NCBI GenBank assembly: GCA_043228905.1
Contig: JBHGNT010000014.1
Location: forward strand, 4,526,001 to 4,590,000
From: Azolla caroliniana
Lineage: Eukaryota; Plantae; Polypodiophyta
Length of the DNA stretch: 64,000 nucleotides
Direction of reading: 5' to 3'
In this document: positions 36,480 through 56,775 of the stretch, piece after piece
Numbering within the stretch: position 1 is the first letter of the stretch
Layout of the letters: every line of letters starts with the position of its first letter
Notes under the pieces: generated by a model
Database searches by the model: none
What the model was told of the DNA's origin: nothing
What the model saw: the letters and a program-made list of their open reading frames with translations, nothing else
Made by a program: the position numbers and the translations under genes

Positions 36480-39400
36480 TGTCGTGTTGTTCCGCTTTCA
36501 CGTAGGAAATAAGGCGGAACCACGGGGGCCCTGAACCGAGGAGCAAGAGAAAGAAGAAGGCGGAGCGAGAGAAGAGCGCACGCGTAGGGCCGGTTAGGCC
36601 CTGTTACAACCGACATCGCTTGTCAGCTGAATGAACCACTAACGCGTATACCGACTGAACAAGATGCACACTTGCGTAAAGGGGGACTCACAGAAACACA
36701 CAGAGAGAGAAACAAGAGGTTCGATTCCAATATTAGTAAAGGGTGACCGACTGAACAAGATGCACACTTGCGTAAAGGGGGACTCATAGAAACACACAGA
36801 GAGAGAAACAAGAGGTTCGATTCCAATATCAGTAAAGGTTACAATGTTTGCAAGATTACAACCGGATAGCCGGCAACAGACCCAACCCAAACAATCACAC
36901 ACCCACACACACACACACAATAGAGCCTCTGGCGGAAGCACACGGGCTTTCCTCGAAGCAGAGGCAACTGACTCAGAAAACCTGCAGAAAAAAACGATAG
37001 AGGAGGAGAGAGCTCGGTTCCTAGTCTGACAGCACCTCGTCCTTGCTAAAACGCGATCTAGTTTCAGTCTTCTCCCCTTTCCTTTATAGGCCGTCAGGGA
37101 GGGACCGTTACATCCTAGTCACATCACCTTTATTCTCTCTCCCTTCAGACAGAGATCTGCTTCGATTTGCTAGCCTATTAATATATTCTCCCTAGGGTAT
37201 ACATATCATGCCGTCCTATTCCTAATTATGTACAGTATGTTGGGTTGAGTGCACACGCGTAAGTGTCGTTTTGCGCGCCGAATTCCATGATTCCACCTAA
37301 GGCCGATTTTCTCCACGACATCCACCTCCACCAAACCGCGCATCCTCCGGTATGTGCTAGAGAGGGACAAGTGTTGGAGAAAACCCGATTGCGTTTACCC
37401 GTCACTCTTCGAAACTTTATCCGGTCCAAACCGGTTGTCATCGTTGTCCTCGCTTCCCGGGTTCGGCTCGTCTTCATGCCGCTTCTTGAAGGCTTTGATC
37501 GTCTTCTCGGCTATCGGCACCGCTATCCGCGTCCCGTCGAGCTCCGCAAGGTGGTAAGTACCGTTGTCGTTTGCGCTCGTTACCGTGTACGGCCCGAACC
37601 ACCTCCTCGCAAACTTCCGTGTCGCCTTGTGCTGATTGTCGATGCTGCTATCGTAAACCAACACCCAATCGCCTTCCTCGATCTTCTTCGGTCGTAGCCG
37701 ATGCGTTCAGTCAAACTAGCCCTTGTTCCACGTCCTCCCGTCTTCGCTCAAGTTGCTTGATCCACGTTGCTAATAGCTCGGCCCAACTCATCTTGTCCTT
37801 CCAGTCCACCGCGGCCCAGGAAGGAATTGTCTGCTCCACCAGCAGGATCGGCTTTTGCCCGTACATCAGCTCTGCCGGTATGAACCCGGTCACCAAACTG
37901 TGCGTAGTTCGGTCCACCCATAGTGTGTAAAGTAGGAGCCGCAGCCAACTCCCAACTTAACCTTCACATGCGTGTATTAATGCCTTCACGATCGGCCCAT
38001 GCCCGTGCTCTACCTTCCCGTTAGCCTCTGGGTTGTATGTCGTAGTGAGGGAGAGCTTAACCCCTAATCGGTTGAACAACTCTTCGGCTTCCTGCGCATC
38101 CAGCTCTCCCCGGTCAGCTACTATCTTTCCTACGCACCCGTACCGGCATTGCGGAGATGGCTTCTACCTTTGTCGGAGACGGTTTCTGGACACCCCTTTA
38201 TCGAGATGTCGTTCAAGAACGGCATGGTGATGTCCGGGATGCAGTCCCTCAGCACCTTGTTCATCATATTCACCATGTGTGCCACCGAGTTGGTCCCTCC
38301 TTGTGGTAGGGTACACATCCGCTCTAGGCAAAGAGGAGTCCGCATCGTCGTGATATCATTGCTCTCCACGGCTAGTTGGAACTGATCATACCCCGAGTAC
38401 AATTCACCGACCGAATAGATCGACCTTCCAGCGAAGGCCTCCGCGAACTTGTCAATGGTCGGTCTAACACCTGCGTTCCGAATGGTCACCTTGTTGACCG
38501 GCTGCAGGTCCTGAATAAAGCGCAACGTGTCGTTCTTCTTCGGCACAGTAAGCGCAACGTGCCCATCTCCACCTTTTGCTTCAACAGCTCCATCAACCTT
38601 GGGATGTGAGCTCTGGGTACCGGAATTGGCTTGAGATTCCACGACACATGCGATACCGTGAAGATCACCATTGGTTCCACAATCGTCGGGTCTACGCACC
38701 TAATCTCCCTTGGCGCAAATGCGAAGGCCTTCCCGTGCATTCCGAGCATTCTCTGAAACCTCTCCTCCTCCGCTGGTAGTAGGAAGTCACCCCCACCGAC
38801 CTTGAGCCCCCGTAGCGTTATGTCGGTGAACGGGTGTCCTATGCTGGTCGGATTCCGTAAACTTGCGTCCGACGCAACCCCCTTTCTCTGCTCCCCGCTG
38901 CCCTCTGGCAAGGGAGCCGCAACTGGCCTCACCTTCCGGTCCACAGTCTTGTATTTTGTATCTACGTAGGCCTTCCGATCCAACTTGACCCTTTCTCCGA
39001 AGTCGACAATGACTTCGTACATTTCCACCGAGTTGACTAGAATCACTCGGTCTTCATTGAGGCCTTCATCAATCACCTTTCCCATTTCCCCTAAGGTGTC
39101 GTCGAAAGAGACTGCCTCCACGGCGCCGCTAATTTCTTCATCAGGGCGGAGGACTCCGCACTCTTTGAAATGTTCCTCGGGCTTCTTCTCCCGGCCACCG
39201 ACGCCAACTATCGTACAACCTCCGTTATCGGAGACCCAAAACTTCCTACCTATAGTACACTTGTGGGGTTCTGCCGGAGTGTCCGAACTATACTGTCCCC
39301 ATGCCTTGATAGCCCTCTCTAAAAATCCCCTCGGCTATCGCCGCCGGCGTCTCGCGGTTACGCTCATGGTTCGGTCGCACTATTACAAATTGGACAGAGT

Positions 39401-41778
39401 GTCACCCAAGGCTGCGTCTTCCAGGTGCGTCATTCGCACCTCCACCTGCTTGTCCGGTTCTGGCTCTATCGAGAGCCGTTTATGCTTCACCAAGTCCACC
39501 ATGGAATCGTGGAACTCCTTCTTAGCACCTCCCTCAGCAATAACTCCACCTTGCTATCAAGAATCTGCTCCTCGAGGAGTGTCACCCAAGGCTGCGTCTT
39601 CCAGGTGTGTCGTTCGCACCTCCACCGGCTTGTCCGGTTCTGGCTCTATCGAGAGCCGTTTATGCTTCACCAAGTCCACCATGGAATTGTGGAACTCCTT
39701 CTTAGCACCTCCCTCAGCAATAACTCCACCTTGCTATCAAGAATCTGCTCCTCGAGGACCTTCCGCAAGTCCGTTGTGCTTTCGATTTCGGTGCCCAGCC
39801 GGTAACCGGTCGGCCTCGCTTTTGTCTGCCATGCCGGGATTGTTGGCTTCATTCCTCTTCGGCCTGAACTGGGTGTCGTACCGATTCGGGTTCGTGGTCC
39901 CACCGGTCTTCCCTGCCCTCTTATCATTCACCAGAATTTCGTAGTTTTGGCACACGGCTTCCACGAAGCCGGTCTTCTCCTCTACCGGGTCGTCCCACCC
40001 GGTGACCTCTCGGACCCGCTGCTCTGCACGGTCCGCTTCTTCCCTCTTCAGTCGTGCGCCAGAGACGCCTTCTAGTACCAAGGGCCAGAAGCCAGATTCT
40101 TTTGTTTTCCGGTCTTCATTACCTCCTACCTAGATTCTGGTCGATGCCGAATAACGGACGACCTCAGCATGGCGCGCCTCCACTTCTTCCATTAACCGCT
40201 TCATCCCGCCGTGCCCAAAATTTGTCTCCACGGCTCTCTGGGTATCACTAGCGTGCACCCGTCCGTTCCACAGATACACCACATTACCTTTGAGGGCCTT
40301 GACAAACTCCACGCAGTCTTGCCGGTTGTGTCCGACCGTGTCGCACCACATACACCGTTGTCCAACCGGTGGCCTCTGGTCATGTGGTTGCCCTTCATTG
40401 TCTCTCCAGGCCTATGCGATCTACAGGTCGCGCACCATTTGTGTCAGCTCCTCAAGAGCCGCTCCTCCGGATGGGCCCTTGATCGCGCCAGTCGATATCA
40501 AGCCTGTCTCAAGCCAATCCCGGGTCCCCTCTTTTCGTGCCGGTGAAGGCTTATCGAACTTCCTTGCCTAGATGGGTCTCGCCACTAACGATCCCTCGTC
40601 GCCCCACTCACGCCGCTTGTCGAAACGATTGCAGACTCTTTTGACCGTGGCCCAGTTGGTCGCCAGCCCATGATCTGTCTCTAGCGGGAGACCCACTTGA
40701 TCCCGATCTCGCACGTCCACCGCTTTGACAAACAACAGGACCCGGCTCATGTCTAGCATGGTCCTGTCCAATGTCGAGAGCCGTGTGAAGCGTTCTTCGA
40801 ACTCCCGGAGGAGCGCCGATGCATTCCTCCCCTTTCCGGGGGTCTCCATCCACTCCATGATGTCCCGCTTCGATAACCGAAGTGCGTCATCAAGCCCGTA
40901 CCTTTCGAGGAGCCGTGCTTCGGATTCTCCCCAGGTCCGGCATCTAGCCTGTACCTCGAGCACCTCTGCATGGATGTCGGGTGTCTCCACCCGAGGGAAC
41001 TCAGCCAGACGCCTATCCTTCGGAATGTTCCTCATCACCATCTCAGCCCGGTAGGCCTCCAAATAACTCGTGGCGTCCTTCCCACCGAACCGGCCTATTG
41101 TACCGACAATTGCTTCAATGGCCCTGTCGAGGGCGCACGTGCCCTCGCGAGCACTTACTATCCGATCGACTGTTGCCGCCATGGCTTCGGCGAGCTCTGA
41201 TCCCCTCATCTTCGACAACTCTATCGCCTTGTTTCACATCGAGTTCACCAAATAATGTCATGTTGTTCCGCTTTCGCGTAGGAAATAAGGCGGGACCACG
41301 GGGGCCCTAAACTGAGGAGGAAGAGAAAGAAGAAGGTGGAGCGGGAGAAGAGCACACGCGTAGGGCCAGTTAGGCCCGCTTACAACCGATAGTGCTTGCC
41401 GGCTGAATGAACTACTAACGTGTATACCGACTGAACAAGATGCACACTCGCGTAAAAGGAAACTCATAGAAACACACTGAGAGAGAAACAAGAGGTTCGA
41501 TTCCAATATTAGTAAAGGTTACAACGTTTGCAAGTTTAGAACCGGATAGTCGGCGATAGACCCAACCCAAACAATCACACACCCACGCGCACACATAGTA
41601 GAGCCTCTGCCGGAAGTACACATGCTTTCCTCGAAGCAGAGGCAACCGACTCAGAAAACCTGTAGTAAACAACGATAGAGGAGGAGAGAGCTCGGTTCCC
41701 AGTCTGACAGCACCTCGTCCTTGCCAAAATGCGATCTAGTTTCAGTCTTCTCCCCTTTCCTTTATAGGCCGTCGGGGA
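36480..41778 (-). mobile_element. Ty3/gypsy F (non-chromovirus, tRNA-Trp-type PBS), internally deleted, 5' LTR truncated
   Basis: 3' LTR 36480-37320 (TGTCGTG..CACGACA); 5' LTR from 41256 breaks off at ~41778; degenerate PBS at 41233-41250; gag 40568-41218, CxxC knuckle MWCDTVGHNRQDC, partial RT (LYSGYDQF, TLPQG) and integrase (WFGPY). Confidence 0.88.
39397..39758. repeat. 180-bp tandem duplication inside gypsy F
   Basis: GAGTGTCACCCAAGG recurs at 39397 and 39577 with near-identical following sequence. Confidence 0.9.
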
Positions 41779-42811
41779 TTATTCAGAAGACTACAAAGGG
41801 ATGTGAGTCAGGCTAGGAAGCGGTTTCCAATATGTGAGAATGAGAAGGTTCAATGTTTGCAGTGCAATGGCGTGACCTTGACTTCAAGGGACTCGAATGT
41901 TGATTGCTACAAAAATTGTGGTTGTATTTTGCCATCCTCCCCACAAGAACCATGATATCTGCTTTTATATGGATTTAGTTTTCATTTCTAGGTTTTGGGT
42001 TAAAGATTTTGGAGGTTTTTGTCTTTGAAAATCCACACCGGATATTTGCGATCTTTGAAAATTTTCATGGCTGGAAATTTATGTTATTTGAAATTTCTAG
42101 TATGTTCAAAACACATTTTTTATTTTTTTGTTGCTGAATCTTTGTTAGTTGCAATTTTTACTAGTGGTTGAAAATTGTAATGCTGAGGTGAAATTTGAGA
42201 CAAAACAATGTTTGGAATGATTTCTGACTTTTTGTTTTACATTGGGAAGAAGATTTACAATGTTTTTTTTGTAATGGCAAAAATTTTATATATCTAAAAC
42301 TTAGAGATTTTGATGTCAGTTTTTTTTTGGACTAACAAGTTTTTAAAAGTTTTTGATGTCAAGCTTTGAGTCAGGCAACTACACTTAGAGAGTCATGCAA
42401 CTACACTGAGAGAGTCAGGCCACTGAAATAAGTCGGGCTACCAAAGGTGTATTTTATAATGACACATTTTTTGGGGATAAAGATCTGATGGTGTAGATCG
42501 CATGTGCCCTCAAAAACCCACCTTGCACCATTCCTAACTATCATCATGCCTCATTATGATTTGGTAGCAAATAGACACAAGCCCCCACGTGTGTTATGTG
42601 TGTGTATTGACATCACGTCATTTGTCGCCCCGATGAATTTTGGTGGCATTTGAAATGTCCAAGTCGGTCCTCGAGAGGTGGCTCACTTGTCCAAAACGTT
42701 GGGATCCGACGAATCATTTTTGGTGTTGGCACTATTGTCAATGATCACGAATGCTCGATGTTCTAATTGGATTTTATGAGCCCATTGTTGATGGAAACTT
42801 TTGTTCAAAAG

Positions 42812-44121
42812 TGTTACGGGCATGACCATATAATATTTCGTGGTGAGAGTTATCGTAGTATTCTATACACGTGGATAAGTGTGAGGGTTAAACGAGAGTG
42901 TAATGAAGGGGAGGATTACTTTTAATCCTCGGGATTGAGACAACCCATTAGGTTAAGTGTGAACTTGCCTGGGGGCCTTCGGTCTCGCTATAAATATGAG
43001 GCATTGCTACCCTCATTTGAGGATCTTTTGACTACGTCGAGACTCTAACGTTGTGGTGGGTCAATTCTTGTAGCGAGCGCGCCATCACCAGGTACGACTC
43101 GACGCCATGGCGGTGGTATGGGACGACGATCGAGGCTCGAGTCCGTCTCGATCCCTTCGTTTGGGGGTGGTCGGGTGGATTGACACCCTTCTTTTTCTCT
43201 CTCCTTTCTATCTATCTATCTTTTATCCTTATCATATGCTTACGTTAGACCATATAATATCCTGTGGTGATAATTACCGTAGTATTCTATACACATGGAT
43301 AAGTGTCAGGGTTAAACGAGAGTGTAAAGAAGGGGGGGATTACTTTTAATCCTTGGGATTGAGACAACCCATTAGGCCAAGTGTGAACTTGCTTGGGGGC
43401 CTTGGGTCTTGCTAGAAATATGAGGCCTTGCTACCCTCATTTGAGGATCTTTTGACTACGTCGAGACTCTAACGTTGTGGTGGGTCAACTCTTGTAGCAA
43501 ACGCACCAACACCAGGTACAAGTCGACGCCATGGCGGTGGTATGGGACGCCGATCGAGGCTCGAGTCCGTCTCGATCCCTTCGCTCGGGGGTGGTTGGGT
43601 GGATCGACACCCTTCTTTCTCTCTCTCCTTTCTATCTACCTATCTTTTATCCTTATCATATGCTTACGTTAGACCATATAATATCCCATGGTGAGAATTA
43701 CCGTAGTATTCTATACACGTGGATAAGTGTGAGGGTTAAACGAGAATGTAAAGAAGGGGAGGATTACTTTTAATCCTCATGATTGAGACAACCCATTAGG
43801 CCAAGTGGGAGCTTGCCTGGGGGCCTTGGGTCTCGCTATAAATATGAGGCCTTGCTACCCTCATTAGAGGATCTTTTGACTACGTCGAGACTCTAACGTT
43901 GTCAAAAGATCCTCAAATGAGGGTAGTTAGGCCTCATATATATAGCGAGACCCAAGGCCCCCAAGCAAGCTCACACTTGGCTTAACGGGTTGTCTCAATC
44001 CCGAGGATTAAAAGTAATCATCCCCTTTTTTACACTCTCGTTTAACCCTCACACTTATCCACATGTATAGAATACTATGGTAATTCTCACCATGGGATAT
44101 TAAATGGTCATGCCCGTAACA
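42812..44121. mobile_element. LTR-only insertion: ~2.5 tandem 424-bp LTR units related to the C family, plus an inverted 221-bp U3 arm
   Basis: Begins TGTTACGGG and ends CCCGTAACA; TSD AAAAG (42807-42811, 44122-44126); units restart at 42824, 43248 and 43672; inversion at 43901. Confidence 0.9.
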
Positions 44122-45020
44122 AAAAGAATCCATTCGTATCTGATATGTGTATGATCTCCATGATGCAAGGATGGGTGGGATGTGCATGTGAAGGATGTAT
44201 CTCTTGGGGTGGTTATTTAGTAGGCACATCAAACTTTCATGTCATGCATATGGAGCATACCATTGTGGTGATTGATCAAGCATGGACCATACCCTTTGTT
44301 ATATCAAGATAGTGCATCTTGACATGTTTAGCTTATGTATGAAATAATGGATCTCTTGTTAACATCATTTCACCGAACAAATATAGGTGCAATGAGCACT
44401 CTTCTTATGCAAAATGTGATATCCCCTAGGTTTACAACAATCTTCTCCTCATGGTTCATTCATCTTCTTATGCCAACACTTCTAGGATAGAATTCTCTAA
44501 TTTATTGTACCTTTCAAAGTATTTCCAATTTCTTATCGTATGAGAATTGGGGATCATGTCATGTATCATCGCTATTGCTCTTTCAATGGGGGCCAAATTT
44601 CACTTGTGTGCAAGATGTGTACTCACGTACAAGTAACATGCATTTCCACTAGCGCACAAAATCAGGTGTATTCTTAAACCCATTCATTTGAAACTAATAC
44701 AAAGATGGTTATTTTACGGATATCAAGAGACAAAAGGCCAAACCTAAAATGCATTCGAACTCAACAAAAATGAGCAACTTCAATACAACACTGGTTATGT
44801 TGCTGGAAACCTCTGAAGGTCGGTCTCAATATTTGAATCCAAGTCAATCGATGCATTACTATTTCATGTTCAATTCTACACCTTCAGTTTCTATTTCATT
44901 CACTAATTTCTCATTTCTTTTAATAAAAGACAAGTTGTACTAATCATGAGCAATATTTTCAGTAATTGGTTAAAATTTAATGGGAGCTCTCCAGATTTGC
45001 CCAATGTTGTATTGATCATC

Positions 45021-53086
<8,066 letters not shown>

Positions 53087-53235
53087 GATGGATCTCTCTC
53101 TCTCTGTCTGTCGGTCTGTCTGTCTCTATTGATTTGGATTCTGAGAAATATAATATCAAAAATAGCTCCCCTTCCTCATTTGGGCATTTCTCGTCCCCAA
53201 AAATGGATCCCTCCCAAGGTTGTTGATTGTTGGTT

Positions 53236-53343
53236 TGATAGATACATAGATAGACATACCGATAGATAGATGGACAAATAGATGGATAGATAGATAGATA
53301 GATGGACAAATAGATGGACAAATAGATCGATAGATAGATAGAC
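53236..53343. repeat. Imperfect (GATA)n microsatellite upstream of ECA
   Basis: Runs of GATAGATAGATA interspersed with GATGGACAAATA units. Confidence 0.85.
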
Positions 53344-53367
53344 CAGATCGGTGGGGAGCCAGGAGGC

Positions 53368-54189
53368 TGTTAGAGGCCTACGCTCCTATGTCAGTAGGCA
53401 GGAATAACTTTAGGAATTAGTGTCAGATGCTCTAAAGTGAGCATTAAAGTTCTAAAGGTACTTGTGTCAGCCCGTTGTAAGGGCTTGTATAAAAGTGCTC
53501 TTTGAGCACATTTGTATACACATAGAGTGTATTATTTTGAATAGAGTCTCTTGAGTCTTATGCTCCAACACATAATCTTTACATGGTATTAGAGTGCGAG
53601 GGTTGAGAACCCTCTGATGTCGACAAACGTTTCAACACAGACAAACCTTTAATCCCCAGTCAATTGCAGACAAGTAGAAGAAAATGGAGAGAGGAATGGG
53701 TGGTGCTCTTCCGACAACGAAGTTGGGGACACACAATTATGCATCTTGGGAATACAAGATGCAATACATGCTCGGGCATGGTTATTGGAGTTACATCCAT
53801 TGAGAAAACAAGGTGGCGCAAGAGCCGACACATAAGGATTTTTTGGTGTGGGAGCAGGTGACAAGTAGAGCCTTGTACTGCCTTGCATCCTCTGTGCACG
53901 ACCAAATACTGGACTACATTCAAGATGTAAAGACACCGAAGGCGGCCTGGGAAAATCTGAAGAAATTTTTTGGCACGAGTACCACGGCCCATAAGTTGCA
54001 ACTCCATCAAGAGCTCAACAATATCTAACAGAGGGATATGAGGGTGACCGACTACACCACGAAGATCAAGGAAATCTATGATGCCTTGGGGTTCATTGAT
54101 GTGACGGTGGATGAGGAAGAAATGGTGCAAATTTGCCTTGGTTGTCTAGCTCAAAGTACGGGCCGATCTAGACAGTTACACTACGACAA
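53368..54189 (+). mobile_element. Ty1/copia 5' remnant: LTR end, degenerate iMet PBS (53584-53595) and gag fragment
   Basis: ..CTTTACA TGGTATTAGAGT; Gag-like NYASWEYKM..KTPKAAWENLKK..DYTTKIKEI. The LTR start is uncertain. Confidence 0.75.
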
Positions 54190-54640
54190 CGTGGAAAACC
54201 CTGAATGGGAAAAACCACGGGAGCCCACAAACTCCAAACTATCACTATGAAGAAAAGAGGGTACAATCAGAGACTCGGAGGCAACGACCTCGAGCTCTGT
54301 TTCTTCGCCTACTAGCAGTTACAACAGAGTATTTCTTTGTATCTCACACTTTGTCACTGTCGCTCTCTCTCTATACAACAATATAACAACAACAATAAAA
54401 ACTTTCCTAAAGTGATTGCCCTAAGTCATATTTATACTTATATGAACTTAGGGCTATTTACAAATATAGCCTCAATTGGCTTACTCAAAACATATTTACA
54501 GATATATCTTCTCTTCCGGTTCTCACCGGCTCTCTTCCGATTCTCACCGGGTCTCATCCGGTTTCCGGATCTCTTCCGGTTCTCACCGGGTCCTCTTTAT
54601 TCATCATCGGATCCCATCCGGAGAGACCGATTTCCCAACA
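54190..54640 (-). repeat. Isolated copia LTR related to 9933-10495
   Basis: Shares CACAAACTCCAA..GGCAACGACCT and AGTGATTGCCCTAAGTCATATTTATACTTATATGA, and ends CCCAACA. No matching TSD. Confidence 0.8.
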
Positions 54641-56300
54641 CTTGATTATAGATGGGATGGATCAAAAGGAAACTTGTTTGCCACACTTTCGAAGGTTGCC
54701 CAGGGATATTGGAGATGAATGCCTACTGCAGATGCACTTAGTAGGTTGTCTCTTGTATTGTCGGACAATAAGGCCTCAAGTGTTCCTAACTTATCCAAAT
54801 ATCCACAACGGCCCTAATCTTACAATAGTCAAGTAGAGATTTTTGCAGACTTGGCAGGGTATACTCCCGCCAGTACTATACGTGCAACTAGACAACACGG
54901 CAAGAGAAAACAAGAACTCGAGTGTGTTTGGTTATTTATGCATGTTAGTAGATAGGGGTATATTCAAAAAGATTAAGGTAAACTTCTTACTAGTTGGTCA
55001 CACACATGATCACATAGATCAAATGTTTAGTAGGTTCTCCAAGAAATTAGTGAGATACGATGCTTTCACACTTCCTATGCTGTCAAAGTTGATCATTGAA
55101 GCTTATACCCCAAAACCAAATATACAACATTTAGATGAAGTTTATGATTTTAAACGCTTTTGTGTGGATGGCGATGGGACTTGTTGTAGGGTTCTTGCTA
55201 CACTTAATAATATAAGTTTTAACCACATCTTCCTCATCCAAAAAAGTTTGGTTGGTTACAACCAGACAATGTTATATGCCAAACAATACTCATCTAGTTC
55301 GCAATGGGAGCCACAAGACAAATGTAGGCTCTTCTTGTGTTTTCCAGATGCAGTAATCTATGGTGCAAAACAAATGCCCTATGAAGACCATAAAAGATTG
55401 GCTATTGGTAGTTCGATTGAAGAGCAAGAGATATATTGGATACAGTGCCTTGAGGAAAAACCGAAAAATATTGAGCGTACCAAAAAATACGTTGGTGATC
55501 AGGATGTGGAATGGTGGGGTAGCTTCTTTAATAATCAACATACGATATTAGATAACCACTTTGCGGGTTACTAGCCATTACAATATCAATTCAAATGGAA
55601 TATTGGTGGCCCATTAATGGCAAGCACGAGTCGTTTACAACCACTAGATAATCTTGAATTGAATAATCTAGTTCGCCCGTGACAAAGAGATATTTATGTG
55701 GGACCAGGAATATCGCGTACTGCAGAGGCAAGATGGTAAGGAAATTTGCATGAGCTACACGTTGGTATGTTGGTTGCAACATTAGCTGGGGGTGATAAGT
55801 TGGGCTATCCCTTTTGGATTGCTAAAATCACCGAAATTATTAAGGATGATGACGGCAATCAAGTTCAATCCATTGTGGTTCATTGGTATCACACCTCTTC
55901 CAAAGATGCATTTACTGGGAAGTACTCTTTAGAGATGGTTAAGGATGTCGGAGGCACACGAAGAAATTAGAGAAGAAAGAATCTACCCAACACATCTACT
56001 CTGACACTTGATAATGTCGACATACTAGTGTATGACTTCTCTTTGACCAAAACAGGCCATCTAAGACAGACTACAATCAAGATAATAAAAGAGAAGATCC
56101 CATATGTGCCTCTTGACGCAACGTAGAGACGAACAAGGAGTATGTCTCATAATCATGGTGACGTTGGATTGCAATTGGATGAAGACAATGCATTGGTTGC
56201 TAGGGATGATGAAGATAAGACCTCACAAAGCTCTTCTAGTTCATCGGATGGGTCTGAAGGGGAAGGCGTATCTTTGGGAAGTGATGGTTCTCATATATGA
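54641..56300 (+). pseudogene. 5'-truncated DNA-transposon transposase (Sola1-like / DUF7869-type)
   Basis: IIDGMDQ...YVQLDNTARENKN...FLLVGHTHDHIDQMFS gives a catalytic-like Asp triad; stops at ~54834 and 55572. Confidence 0.7.
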
Positions 56301-56775
56301 AATGTAAATACTATATGTTACATCTAGATGGCGATTCACGAATATGTATAAATATAGGTGTTAGTCATTTTGTAATTTTTGTACATTCTCTTGTAAATTT
56401 CACGTGTCGATTATTTAGGCCTTTTTTTGAAAACCCTAAATTTTTGGACGTGGTATAAATCAATATATTTTGATTCAATTTCCAAAAAGCTTTGTGCATG
56501 CGATGGTCCTTTTTGTGAAACGAACTACTTTTGTCTTTTTTGGACGGTCAGTTCTTAAATTGCGACATATTACCTGTTTCAAAGGACCCGGTGTTCCATC
56601 CAATGTAGTCGACTATCATAGTCGACTCTCAATCTCCTTCAAACCAGTCGACCACCCTATCAACTCCCTGGTTGTTCAGATCGACCATCTTCTATTCATC
56701 TTGTCAATTCAATTGCCAACTTCTTCCTTGACTTCGATTGTCGACTTCTCCCATAGGAGAGACAAATTCCTAACA

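Noticed and set aside
38985-39944. 319-aa plus-strand ORF with an internal repeat
   Set aside because: It is an antisense shadow of GC-rich gypsy F gag-pol plus the 180-bp duplication.
41779-42811. Possible DNA-transposon end with short 22-bp repeats at ~42370-42425
   Set aside because: No terminal inverted repeat partner or TSD was found.
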